Position numbers and translations under genes: made by a program. Positions 55,911 to 64,000 of a stretch of DNA of 64,000 nt are shown here, one piece after another. Position 1 is the stretch's first letter. Each line of letters opens with the position of its first letter. The stretch lies in NCBI GenBank assembly GCA_021799535.1, contig JAJZAH010000002.1, positions 16,950 through 80,949 on the forward strand. The letters run 5' to 3'. The DNA is from Nanobdellota archaeon (GTDB lineage Archaea > Nanobdellota > Nanobdellia > Pacearchaeales > GW2011-AR1). The notes beneath the pieces are model-generated. The model did not search any database, was not told the origin of the DNA, and saw nothing but the letters and a program-made list of their open reading frames with translations.

Positions 55911-56217
55911 AAGATTTTTCTTCGTCTCTTTTGTTTGAGATTTCGCAATGTCCCGTTATATCTCCTTCTGTCGTAGGCTCAACAGCGCTTCCAAATAAAG
56001 GGACCAGTGACTCTCCATCGCCCTTTATGAGCATTCTAACTAACTTCCCCTCTTTTATTTTTCCGCTCTGAAATGGTTTTAAGATTCCATAACCGTCAAT
56101 TATCTCAACTAGCTTCCCGGAGAAGTTTGAATGCATGCCCACAGGATAAATCGTGATCCATTTTCCAATATACCTTTCATAGATTTCCTTTTTTTCTTCC
56201 ATTCCGAATTTTGTCAT
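55903..56217 (-). CDS. Hypothetical protein (104 aa)
   Basis: ORF only. The beta-rich pattern may be Sm/PRC-barrel-like. Confidence 0.4.
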   Translation of the reverse strand: MTKFGMEEKKEIYERYIGKWITIYPVGMHSNFSGKLVEIIDGYGILKPFQSGKIKEGKLVRMLIKGDGESLVPLFGSAVEPTTEGDITGHCEISNKRDEEKSSK

Positions 56218-56299
56218 GACCTGTTCATGCTATATCCCTTTACAAATTTTCTCAATTTGTTACTCCTAGTAAAAAATAACAATAGAAACATTTATAAAT

Positions 56300-56575
56300 G
56301 TGTTATCACTGAGTGATTACATGGCGTATGAATATCTTACAAAAAATGACCTTGATCGGTATGATGTCATTGTTAAGAATTACGAAAAGGGAAATTTTCG
56401 AATAGCGGAGAGTGCATCCTTTTACTTGAAAGTTCTTTTTAACGATTTGACTGATTTAAGCACAGGATTTAGTGAAGTCCCCGATTTAGAAAACAAAAGA
56501 AATGATTTACGAAAGAGGCTGGCTTCTGTATTTAGAGAGAACGGTATGGGAGACTTTGTTGATGGGAGGATTTAA
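56300..56575 (+). CDS. Hypothetical protein (91 aa)
   Basis: ORF directly upstream of a trmB paralog. Confidence 0.35.
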   Translation: MLSLSDYMAYEYLTKNDLDRYDVIVKNYEKGNFRIAESASFYLKVLFNDLTDLSTGFSEVPDLENKRNDLRKRLASVFRENGMGDFVDGRI

Positions 56576-56581
56576 ATTAAA

Positions 56582-57358
56582 ATGTTAGTCAAGAATGACC
56601 TTGTTGCGAAGATAAAAGATTACTTTGAGCTTAATATCTATGAGACAAAAGTTTGGCTTGCTCTTCTTGGGAAAGGGGCGGCTTCCGCAGGTGAAATAGC
56701 CTCGCTTTCGGGTGTTCCAAGATCCCGTACTTATGATGTTCTTGAGTCTCTTGAGAAGAAGGGGTTTGCCATTGTTAAACTTGGCAAGCCGGTTAAATAT
56801 CTGGGTGTAAAGCCAAGAGTCATACTTGAGAAGCTCAAAAATAACGTAAGAGTAGAAGCAGAAGAGAGGTTTCAGAGTCTTTCTAATGTCAGGGACACAC
56901 CAGAATTTACTCAGCTCGAGGAGTTGTATAATGTTGGTATAAATCCGGTGAAAAGAGAGGAACTTTCAGCAGCTATAAAAGGAAGAAGCACAATTTCAAA
57001 TTATCTGCATGAAATAATTGATGCAGCGCAAAAAGAGGTAATTGTTTCAATGAGCTTTAAAGAGATGAAGCTCAAGGAAAGTCTATTTAACGACACTTTT
57101 AATTCTCTGAGGAAAAACGGAGTAAAAGTTCAGGTATCTCTTTCCGGAAATCCTGAAGAAGTGAGAAAACTTTCAGAATCCATGAAGACTAAGATCTCTG
57201 CTGTAAATGTCGAGTCGAAGTTTTTCATAATAGACAGAAAAGAAGTGCTGTTTTATCTTAACAAAGAATCAACCAAAGATGACCAGGCGATCTGGCTCAA
57301 CTCAGAATTTTTTGCTGAAGCTTTTGCGAGTCTGTTTGAGCTTTCTGTAAGACAATGA
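56582..57358 (+). CDS. TrmB-family transcriptional regulator (paralog)
   Basis: IYETKVWLALLGKGAASAGEIASLSGVPRSRTYDVLESLEKKGF plus a TrmB C-terminal domain. Confidence 0.8.
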   Translation: MLVKNDLVAKIKDYFELNIYETKVWLALLGKGAASAGEIASLSGVPRSRTYDVLESLEKKGFAIVKLGKPVKYLGVKPRVILEKLKNNVRVEAEERFQSLSNVRDTPEFTQLEELYNVGINPVKREELSAAIKGRSTISNYLHEIIDAAQKEVIVSMSFKEMKLKESLFNDTFNSLRKNGVKVQVSLSGNPEEVRKLSESMKTKISAVNVESKFFIIDRKEVLFYLNKESTKDDQAIWLNSEFFAEAFASLFELSVRQ

Positions 57359-57362
57359 TAAT

Positions 57363-58106
57363 ATGGAAACAAAAAAGGAAGAAGATCATATAATCCTTCC
57401 TGATGTTTCTTTATGCGCAATAGTCCGTGATGAAAAGATGAACCCTGCCGGCGGCATCGAGAGATTTGTTGAATCCCACGTTCCTTTTGTTGATGAAGCA
57501 GTTATTGTCGATACGGGTTCACTTGATGGCACTCGTGAGATTCTTGAAGAGCTTGAAGGCAAATACAAAAATCTGAAGATTTACGACCACAAATTCGCGG
57601 GGTTTGCTGATGCAAGAAACTTCTCTCTAGAAAAAGCCAAAACAGAATACGCATTGATCCTCGATGCTGATGAGTTGATAACTCATGAGAAACCAAGAAA
57701 TGAATGGAAGGTGATCAATAATGTGCTTAATGAAAGTTATCAGTACAAATTTTATAGATTTGACTTTAAACATGTAGATCCATCTGGAGAATATGTCAGT
57801 TCACCTACACATTATGTAAGGTTAATGAAAAAGGAGCTTGGGAAATTTGAAGGGTGCTTATTTGAATACTTAGAAGATGAGCCCCAATGTGATTTATTTG
57901 GCATGCAAATTTTTCACTTTCTCCCAAAAGATGAAGCGAGAGCTGTGAAGAGGAGCAATTTCTACTTTAAATTGGGTTCGGTTAGCACAAGTGGTGCAGC
58001 GGCCCATTTTAATGAAGAGATAATAGAAAAGAATATTGCCCCTTTACAAGTTGAAGGCTTTTCAGAGTGGAAATCATATAACCCGCAAAGAGACTTTTAT
58101 GAATGA
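57363..58106 (+). CDS. Glycosyltransferase family 2
   Basis: LSLCAIVRDE..., VDTGSLDGT and ILDADE motifs. Confidence 0.7.
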   Translation: METKKEEDHIILPDVSLCAIVRDEKMNPAGGIERFVESHVPFVDEAVIVDTGSLDGTREILEELEGKYKNLKIYDHKFAGFADARNFSLEKAKTEYALILDADELITHEKPRNEWKVINNVLNESYQYKFYRFDFKHVDPSGEYVSSPTHYVRLMKKELGKFEGCLFEYLEDEPQCDLFGMQIFHFLPKDEARAVKRSNFYFKLGSVSTSGAAAHFNEEIIEKNIAPLQVEGFSEWKSYNPQRDFYE

Positions 58107-58109
58107 ATC

Positions 58110-58907
58110 TCATTTCCCCCAAATCAGTTTGGATATCTCCTTATCACTGATATCTTCTTTTTTGGAATCCCCTTTTTTTGGTTCATCTTTTGGTTTTAAT
58201 GTCTCTTTCTTTTGAATTTCATTTTTCTCGGCTTTTTCCGGGGTTCCATAAATCTCATTAACTTTCTCCAAGCTCAGATTGCTTGCGTCAAGATATTTCT
58301 CTTTTTCCCGCGAAGCCTTGTTTTTCAGCTCCTCTATCAGTATCCCTGAAGGGATTTTTGACTCATTTATTATGTCATTGTGGTCAATTTCTCTGTCTTT
58401 CAAGATTCTTATCCTCAGATAATTCTCAACCTTTTTTACAAGATTTTTGTAATCTCTTGGAAGGATTCCGTTTTCCAAGCTCTCGACGGCAATTAGAGGC
58501 TCCTTTATCTCTTCTGAAAGTTTCTCTTTTGAGATTTTCATCCCTCTTCTTTTCCTCATTATTATCCAATGGAAATTATCAACAAGATCCGGCGAGGATT
58601 TTGTTCCCATCGAAGTCTCTTTCTTGAAATTCTTTTCAACAAGATCCCTTAAATGTATATTCTCATTGTTTTGAATAGCCTTCCTTTCTTCCTTTCTTTC
58701 AATTTTTACATGAGCCATTCTTGAAAGTCTCTCTCTTACGGTCTCCCTTTTCTCTTCGCCGTCGGGCATGACTTTCCTTTCTACCAACGGAATCTCGTTT
58801 TTGAAGTAGCATTTTCTGCACACACTCACAAAACCGTGTTTTTTGTCTATCCCTTCATAAAGAAGGGCTTTTTCTTCGGTTATACCGCATATATAACATT
58901 CTTTCAT
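58110..58907 (-). CDS. MBF1-like protein: N-terminal zinc ribbon, Cro/C1-type HTH and a long K/E-rich tail
   Basis: CYICG...CRKC ribbon. IIMRKRRGMKISKEKLSEEIKEPLIAVESLENGILP resembles the aMBF1 HTH. Confidence 0.5.
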   Translation of the reverse strand: MKECYICGITEEKALLYEGIDKKHGFVSVCRKCYFKNEIPLVERKVMPDGEEKRETVRERLSRMAHVKIERKEERKAIQNNENIHLRDLVEKNFKKETSMGTKSSPDLVDNFHWIIMRKRRGMKISKEKLSEEIKEPLIAVESLENGILPRDYKNLVKKVENYLRIRILKDREIDHNDIINESKIPSGILIEELKNKASREKEKYLDASNLSLEKVNEIYGTPEKAEKNEIQKKETLKPKDEPKKGDSKKEDISDKEISKLIWGK

Positions 58908-58938
58908 GACAAATCAAACCCCGGGCTCTTTTTTAAGA

Positions 58939-59616
58939 TTATTGTGATGAAGGTTGGCTGATAAGATTCAATATTTCATCTTTTTTCGGGATTGTATAAA
59001 AAGTATAGTTTTCATTTACAATTACTGCAGGGTAGCTTGTTATATTGAATTTCGAGGTCATTGCATCAAGAGAAGTCAGATTGCTGTCAACTGCGATGGG
59101 TATCAAAGCAACGTTTGGATCTTCGTTTTTTACTTCCAGGAGAAGTTTTGACCAGACATTCTGCTCGGCCTTTTTTGTCAAATCCTGCTCATTCTGGTTA
59201 TACAAATAGACTATCGTTGGGAAATTCGTTGAGTTACATTCTTTTTTTATGTTAATTGAATTCACCCACAGGTATGTTCTTAAAGCGTCATATTTTGTGT
59301 GGAGATATTCTAAATCGTTTGTTAATTGGCTTGGCTGGTTGTATTGGTCCAAAAGCTGTGCTTCTGTGTAGACTTTATCGAGGAGAGCTTTGTCGGAGGA
59401 AACAAGTTCCGCGCAATTTACAGTATTTGAATTTATAAGATTGTTTAAAGACAGGATATCTATAAGGGAAGTCTCCGACTGTGTGTAATAATTATTTATC
59501 TGATTCAGATGCCCGCCCTCCACAGTTATCCCTATATAAAACCCTACTATGAATATTACGATAGTCACTAGCAATGCCTGTACGAACACAAAATAATTTC
59601 TTTTCATTATCTCCAC
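58939..59616 (-). CDS. Membrane-anchored extracytoplasmic protein (225 aa)
   Basis: N-terminal TM segment. Overlaps the upstream GT2 gene by 10 nt. Confidence 0.45.
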   Translation of the reverse strand: MEIMKRNYFVFVQALLVTIVIFIVGFYIGITVEGGHLNQINNYYTQSETSLIDILSLNNLINSNTVNCAELVSSDKALLDKVYTEAQLLDQYNQPSQLTNDLEYLHTKYDALRTYLWVNSINIKKECNSTNFPTIVYLYNQNEQDLTKKAEQNVWSKLLLEVKNEDPNVALIPIAVDSNLTSLDAMTSKFNITSYPAVIVNENYTFYTIPKKDEILNLISQPSSQ

Positions 59617-60842
59617 CCGAAATTTCCTTTTGCCATCTTGTATGCAGAGACTGTCAATATGACTGGGTAAGCCAGAAGATAGAATATTGTGTACATTATG
59701 AGGTCAAAGACTCTCGGATTTTTAAAGTCTTTCTCTTTGTCATGGAAGATAGAGATCAATGTGAAAGTGAAACTGAGTGTGAAAAGCACTATCCCAAAAA
59801 AGAATAATATGTCCGGGTTAAGGGATAAATCTTTTATAGACATAACTGCCGCATTAGCTTGTATGGAGTAGCTTGTCGTTAGATAATCAGCAACTGCCCA
59901 TCTTGCACTTCGGTATATGAAAAATCCAAGGCCGAATACCCCTAAGACCCATGACATAACAAAAAATGGGAGGACGAATAATCCTAACATCCCTTTTTTC
60001 ATGAACTTATTTTTGTGCTTGAATATTGACTGAAGCCCACCTATGTTCCATCTGATCCTCTGTTTGAACCATAGCTTTAATTTATCCGGGGCCATGGAGT
60101 ATACCCTTGATGAAAGGCTCATTTTGACGTCATATCCTGCATCAAGAAGTCTCCACGTAATTTCGATATCTTCAGTCATATTTTTTTCGTCGAACCTCCC
60201 TACTTTTACGAAATACTTCATCCTGTACATTGCAAGGGGTCCTGGAGTCACGTAAATTGAATCTATAAACTCAAGGAGTTTTCTCGTGAACTTTATCACT
60301 GTGTATTCAATTGACTGGAGTCTGAGAAGCAGGTTATCCCTGTTTTTTACAAGCACGGAAGCTGTCACGGCCCCAACTTTTCCGTTATCGAAAAATCCAA
60401 TCATCTTACCTATTGAACCCTTTTCCGGGAAACTGTCGGCGTCGGTGAACATTATAAGCTCGGTTTTCACAAATTTTGATCCGTAATTTTTCGCTCCTGC
60501 TGCATTACCTGTGTTTTTAGGGGTCCTGACTGCCATGACGAGTCCCTTATATCTCTTTTCATATTGTTTCATGACTGAAAAAGAATTGTCTGTTGAACAG
60601 TCATCAACTACTATTATTCTCTTTAAGTTTTTGTATCCGTTGGTTGCAATTGCTTCTATTGTTCTCCCTATACTTTCTTCCTCGTTATAACATGGTATTA
60701 CACAGCTCACTTCATATTCTTTTGAAGCTTTTGGAATCAGAGTCAGTTCTTTTCTATGTTCAACATATATAATGACGAACAAAAACAAAAAGTAGAACGC
60801 CAAGAATGAATATCCGAGGTATAACCCTGTTATGAAGTCCAT
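59607..60842 (-). CDS. Processive-type family 2 glycosyltransferase (membrane-embedded)
   Basis: VIPCYNEE, VVDDCSTDNS, FTDADSF and QRIRW motifs with flanking TM helices. Confidence 0.8.
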   Translation of the reverse strand: MDFITGLYLGYSFLAFYFLFLFVIIYVEHRKELTLIPKASKEYEVSCVIPCYNEEESIGRTIEAIATNGYKNLKRIIVVDDCSTDNSFSVMKQYEKRYKGLVMAVRTPKNTGNAAGAKNYGSKFVKTELIMFTDADSFPEKGSIGKMIGFFDNGKVGAVTASVLVKNRDNLLLRLQSIEYTVIKFTRKLLEFIDSIYVTPGPLAMYRMKYFVKVGRFDEKNMTEDIEITWRLLDAGYDVKMSLSSRVYSMAPDKLKLWFKQRIRWNIGGLQSIFKHKNKFMKKGMLGLFVLPFFVMSWVLGVFGLGFFIYRSARWAVADYLTTSYSIQANAAVMSIKDLSLNPDILFFFGIVLFTLSFTFTLISIFHDKEKDFKNPRVFDLIMYTIFYLLAYPVILTVSAYKMAKGNFGWR

Positions 60843-61402
60843 TACTCTCCCTCCGGATTCTGAACTTCTTCAAGTCCTTCTTTCAAGGGATTCTTTTTGC
60901 CAATTGATACATTGAAATAATCATAAAACTCATCAGAGAGTGTGAGGATGTTTGTATGTCCCTCTTTTTTACTTTTTATAAGTCCCATCTGTATAAATCT
61001 GTGGACGTGGTCGTAAGCCTTATTCCCCCTTATTTTTATTATGACTGACTGTTTTATCGGCTGCTTGTAAGCTATTATTGCCAGGGTTTCCTGCTCTGCT
61101 TTTGAAAATTCTGCCGATCCTGTCGCAAGCTTATTTATTATACTGTGGTATTCCGGTTTGACATCGACTTTCCACAGATTGTCCCTTTCCACAATTTCAA
61201 GTGCTGAGTCTTCTTTTGAGTATCTCTCTTTTATCTTTCCTATAGCTTCTTTTATCACAAGGGAATTCAGGTTTGAAAGGGAAATCAACTCCTGCATTGA
61301 GAGGAATCTGCCTGATATGAAAAATATCGCCTCAATCAACTTTGTGCTTTCTTCCTCTTTCGACCAATCTATTTCATCAACTGTCTCTTTGGTCAATTCC
61401 AT
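60842..61402 (-). CDS. scpB: Segregation and condensation protein B
   Basis: LIEAIFFISGRFLSMQELI and ETLAIIAYKQPI double-wHTH pattern. Confidence 0.65.
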   Translation of the reverse strand: MELTKETVDEIDWSKEEESTKLIEAIFFISGRFLSMQELISLSNLNSLVIKEAIGKIKERYSKEDSALEIVERDNLWKVDVKPEYHSIINKLATGSAEFSKAEQETLAIIAYKQPIKQSVIIKIRGNKAYDHVHRFIQMGLIKSKKEGHTNILTLSDEFYDYFNVSIGKKNPLKEGLEEVQNPEGE

Positions 61403-61479
61403 AAATTAAAGACATAAAAGAAGTTTTTAAAATTTGAGGGCTTAAAAAGCTTAATAAAATCACATTTACTTTTGGCATT

Positions 61480-61983
61480 GTGAAAAAAATTTTATTTGTG
61501 TGCAGTGGGAATGTTTTTAGGAGCCTTATCGCTATGGAGTGTTTTAACTCTTATCTTAAGAGAAGCGGAATAAAAGGGGTCCTTTCCGATTCTGCAGGAA
61601 TACACACTCCAATGGATGGAGTTAGCAGGATAACAAGGGAGAATCTTAGAAAAAAGGGGATCCGTTTTAAATATAAACCAAAAAAGGTAAACCTCCCGCT
61701 GATAAAGGGGAGCGATTTGATTATCTCAATGGGGGAAAATCACCGGAAATTCCTGAAGGAAAAATATGACATTGACTCTGTTCTTTTCAACAAAATGGCT
61801 TACGGAAAAAATACGAGTATTCTTGATATAGAAGAGAAATACCCTTATCTGAGCTATATCCCAAAAAAGGAGCGGATGAAACAAAAAAATTACAAGAAAA
61901 GGATTGGATATGTTGTGTCACATATCTGTAATGGGACGCCAAGGCTTGCAAGGGCGGTCATTAAACTTCTTGAGATCAAATGA
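61480..61983 (+). CDS. Low-molecular-weight protein tyrosine phosphatase / ArsC-like
   Basis: ILFVCSGNVFRS, a CX5R(S) P-loop. GTG start. Confidence 0.75.
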   Translation: MKKILFVCSGNVFRSLIAMECFNSYLKRSGIKGVLSDSAGIHTPMDGVSRITRENLRKKGIRFKYKPKKVNLPLIKGSDLIISMGENHRKFLKEKYDIDSVLFNKMAYGKNTSILDIEEKYPYLSYIPKKERMKQKNYKKRIGYVVSHICNGTPRLARAVIKLLEIK

Positions 61984-62392
61984 ACTGCCTTTTTCTGAAA
62001 GTCCATAATTTGTTTCCTGAAAAATTGGTCAAGAGAGTGAAAGCGCTTGAGAGTATCTGGGATAATATGTAATAGATTCCTGTGACTTCTGTGAAAAACC
62101 AAAGAAAGAAGATATTGACGATGAGTGCAGCACCCGCGACAATAAAGAATTTGCTTCCCTTAGAAACAAACTGATCATTTAGTCTTTCCCTGAAAGTCCA
62201 CAGCTTATTCATCGTGAAATTTGACATTGTTGCAATGGAAAACGCAAAAATCTCTGAAATGAGATAATAGACATGTAAAAATTGCGTAAGGATGTATAAG
62301 AAAAAGAGGTTTACGAATATGCCGGAGAATCCAATTAATGCATATTTTATGAACTCTTGAAGATTCTCTTTTTTTATCATTAGTATAATCAA
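61976..62392 (-). CDS. GtrA-family membrane protein
   Basis: Four TM segments, FIKYALIGFSG N-terminus and repeated NKLWTFR motifs. Confidence 0.75.
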   Translation of the reverse strand: MIILMIKKENLQEFIKYALIGFSGIFVNLFFLYILTQFLHVYYLISEIFAFSIATMSNFTMNKLWTFRERLNDQFVSKGSKFFIVAGAALIVNIFFLWFFTEVTGIYYILSQILSSAFTLLTNFSGNKLWTFRKRQFI

Positions 62393-62431
62393 AAAAGGAT
62401 ATTTATTAAATTAAGTCTGTCTATTTGGATA

Positions 62432-63820
62432 ATGAAGTTTCCTAAAGATAAGTGTTTCCTATATTTTCTTTTGGCTTCTTTTGTTTTCCTTATCCTGAAG
62501 CTCTTTGAGATGAAGTTCAAGTTCAGTGACGGATTCACTTATATGTATATGGGTAAAATGGTTCTCGAGGGATTTGTCCCGTACAGAGATTTCTTTTTTG
62601 CAAGCCCCCCTTTGCAGATTTACATTTTGGCTTTCGCTGAGTTGTTTTCAGGCGGCAACTTTCTTATCCTGAAGATTATCCCAATTATTGCGACTATTGG
62701 GAGTGGTTTTTTTATATACGATTATATGAAAAAGAAGTTCGGGAGCCGGTATGGACTTGTCGCTTCAGTTTTATTCTTATTTAGTTTTCTCACTTTGCTT
62801 ACTACAGATTATTCAACCGGGATAAGTGAAACCATGTTCTTCGTGCTTGGAATGGTTTATTTCGCTGAATCTGGAAAGCCTTTCATTGCTGGACTTTTTG
62901 GGAGCTTTGCATTGCTCATCAGACTTTATGCTCCTTTGCCGATTGCCGGCACGTTGCTTTATTATTTTATCTACAGGAAGAAAGAGATCCTAAAATTTAT
63001 TCTTGGAGTTCTGACTCTATTTTTGCCTGTAAGCGTGATTTTTGAATTAATTTCGCATGGTGCTTATCTAAATCAAATATTTTTCTTTAGACTTCATCTT
63101 GTTTCCGGAATCGGACTTTCAAAATGGAGCGTTGTAAGTTTTTTCCTTGTCGGGGATATTATGCTTGTTCTTGGGAGCTTTTTATATTTCATATTTGATA
63201 AGGAAAAAAAGAGCTTGTTTTTACCCATCTTAGCAACATCTTTTTCGGTTCTCCTTTATATCTTCTACTCAGATATATATTATCTTTATTTTGGTCTTAT
63301 AATTGCTTTTTTTGCTATATTTACAACAAAATTTATATTTGAGTTTGAAGGATCAAGCAGTTTCAGAAAAGTCCTGATCTTGGCTGTTATGATTCTGGTA
63401 ATTGTCAATTCATCCATATATGTTGCTGATTATGCAAGTGCGTCAAATATGCCTTTCACAAGTAGTCTTGTAAGTTTTATAAAGTCGAATTCTTTGCCAA
63501 ACGACACTATCTATGGGAACTTCCAGGTCGCCCCTCTGATCTCACTTCTTTCAGGGAGATCTCTTGCAGGGAATATTGCTGACACAAATCCGAAAAATAT
63601 CATGACTAATACTTTCACTATAAAAGATGTAGAAGACAGGATTTCAGGGGTCAAATTCATAATTGAAAAAGGCAATATTCTTTCCGACGGGACACTTACG
63701 GGTTTTGATGACTCCACGCCACTTAATTACATGAAAAGTAATTGTTCACTTGTAAAGACCTATCCTGTGGAGAATGACTTGAATGGAAATAACTTTATAG
63801 GGGTCTGGGAATGTAGTTAA
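62432..63820 (+). CDS. GT-C fold glycosyltransferase (ArnT/PMT-like)
   Basis: Polytopic N-terminal region with DGFTYMYMGKMVLEGFVPYRDFFFASPPL in the first loop, plus a soluble C-terminal domain. Confidence 0.6.
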   Translation: MKFPKDKCFLYFLLASFVFLILKLFEMKFKFSDGFTYMYMGKMVLEGFVPYRDFFFASPPLQIYILAFAELFSGGNFLILKIIPIIATIGSGFFIYDYMKKKFGSRYGLVASVLFLFSFLTLLTTDYSTGISETMFFVLGMVYFAESGKPFIAGLFGSFALLIRLYAPLPIAGTLLYYFIYRKKEILKFILGVLTLFLPVSVIFELISHGAYLNQIFFFRLHLVSGIGLSKWSVVSFFLVGDIMLVLGSFLYFIFDKEKKSLFLPILATSFSVLLYIFYSDIYYLYFGLIIAFFAIFTTKFIFEFEGSSSFRKVLILAVMILVIVNSSIYVADYASASNMPFTSSLVSFIKSNSLPNDTIYGNFQVAPLISLLSGRSLAGNIADTNPKNIMTNTFTIKDVEDRISGVKFIIEKGNILSDGTLTGFDDSTPLNYMKSNCSLVKTYPVENDLNGNNFIGVWECS

Positions 63821-64000
63821 ATGCCGAATCTTTGTATGGCGCCGATTCCGCCTATGTTCAGAAATTGTTTTCCTTCATCCGTTTCTCCAGACACAATTTC
63901 TGTATTGGTTCCCATCTGTTCTGCGATTGTCTTCAAAGTGTTCCCTTTCTCCTTGTCGAACTCTTTTGATATTATAAGCACATCAACTGCGCCATATCTT
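63817..64000 (-). CDS. C-terminal end of an aRF1/Pelota-family protein (eRF1 domain 3); the rest lies outside the window
   Basis: Not in the ORF track. My manual reverse translation gives ...RYGAVDVLIISKEFDKEKGNTLKTIAEQMGTNTEIVSGETDEGKQFLNIGGIGAIQRFGI*, and GGIGAI.RF is typical of the family. Confidence 0.6.
   Translation of the reverse strand, partial: RYGAVDVLIISKEFDKEKGNTLKTIAEQMGTNTEIVSGETDEGKQFLNIGGIGAIQRFGI

Noticed and set aside
1-64000. Looked for CRISPR arrays, rRNA genes, IS elements/transposases, integrases and inteins.
   Set aside because: I saw no regularly spaced direct repeats. No DDE, tyrosine- or serine-recombinase-like ORFs were recognised. PolB, Cdc48, Rad50 and IleRS show no intein-sized insertions with Cys/Ser...HN boundaries. 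This was a visual scan only, so short or degenerate elements could have been missed.

Overview
AT-rich, densely packed archaeal window (no tools were run, so every call is a manual reading of the ORF translations and the DNA). Gene content and small gene sizes suggest a reduced, DPANN-like archaeon: PolB, two Cdc48 AAA ATPases, two TFS paralogs, three TrmB-like regulators, aCPSF1, RNase J, RNase P Pop5, proteasome beta, diphthine synthase, archaeal DtdA, a presenilin homolog, Mre11/Rad50 and type-2 IleRS. I see one tRNA (Lys-CUU). I found no rRNA, CRISPR array, transposase or integrase. Many genes have a TATA-like box about 22-30 nt upstream of the ATG, and genes within operons often overlap by 1-20 nt. 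Main blocks are: (1) a six-gene proteostasis operon at 3965-10044; (2) NDH-2, a di-haem cytochrome b and E3 at 11065-15059; (3) a 2-oxoacid dehydrogenase operon carrying lipB and acdA at 15501-21105; (4) a secreted Cys-repeat protein; (5) an accessory-looking locus beside tRNA-Lys at 24554-29937; (6) housekeeping genes; (7) a glycosylation/envelope cluster at 57363-63820. The best candidate for an undescribed system is the translationally coupled cassette at 26866-28993. It encodes a small radical SAM enzyme, a minimal class-II-aaRS-like core fused to a MazG/HisE-like NTP pyrophosphatase module, and two Cys-rich small proteins. Two wHTH regulators flank it, and it lies next to a tRNA-Lys gene that carries a duplicated 5' fragment. 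All family assignments rest on remembered motifs and need HMM or structure searches to confirm.
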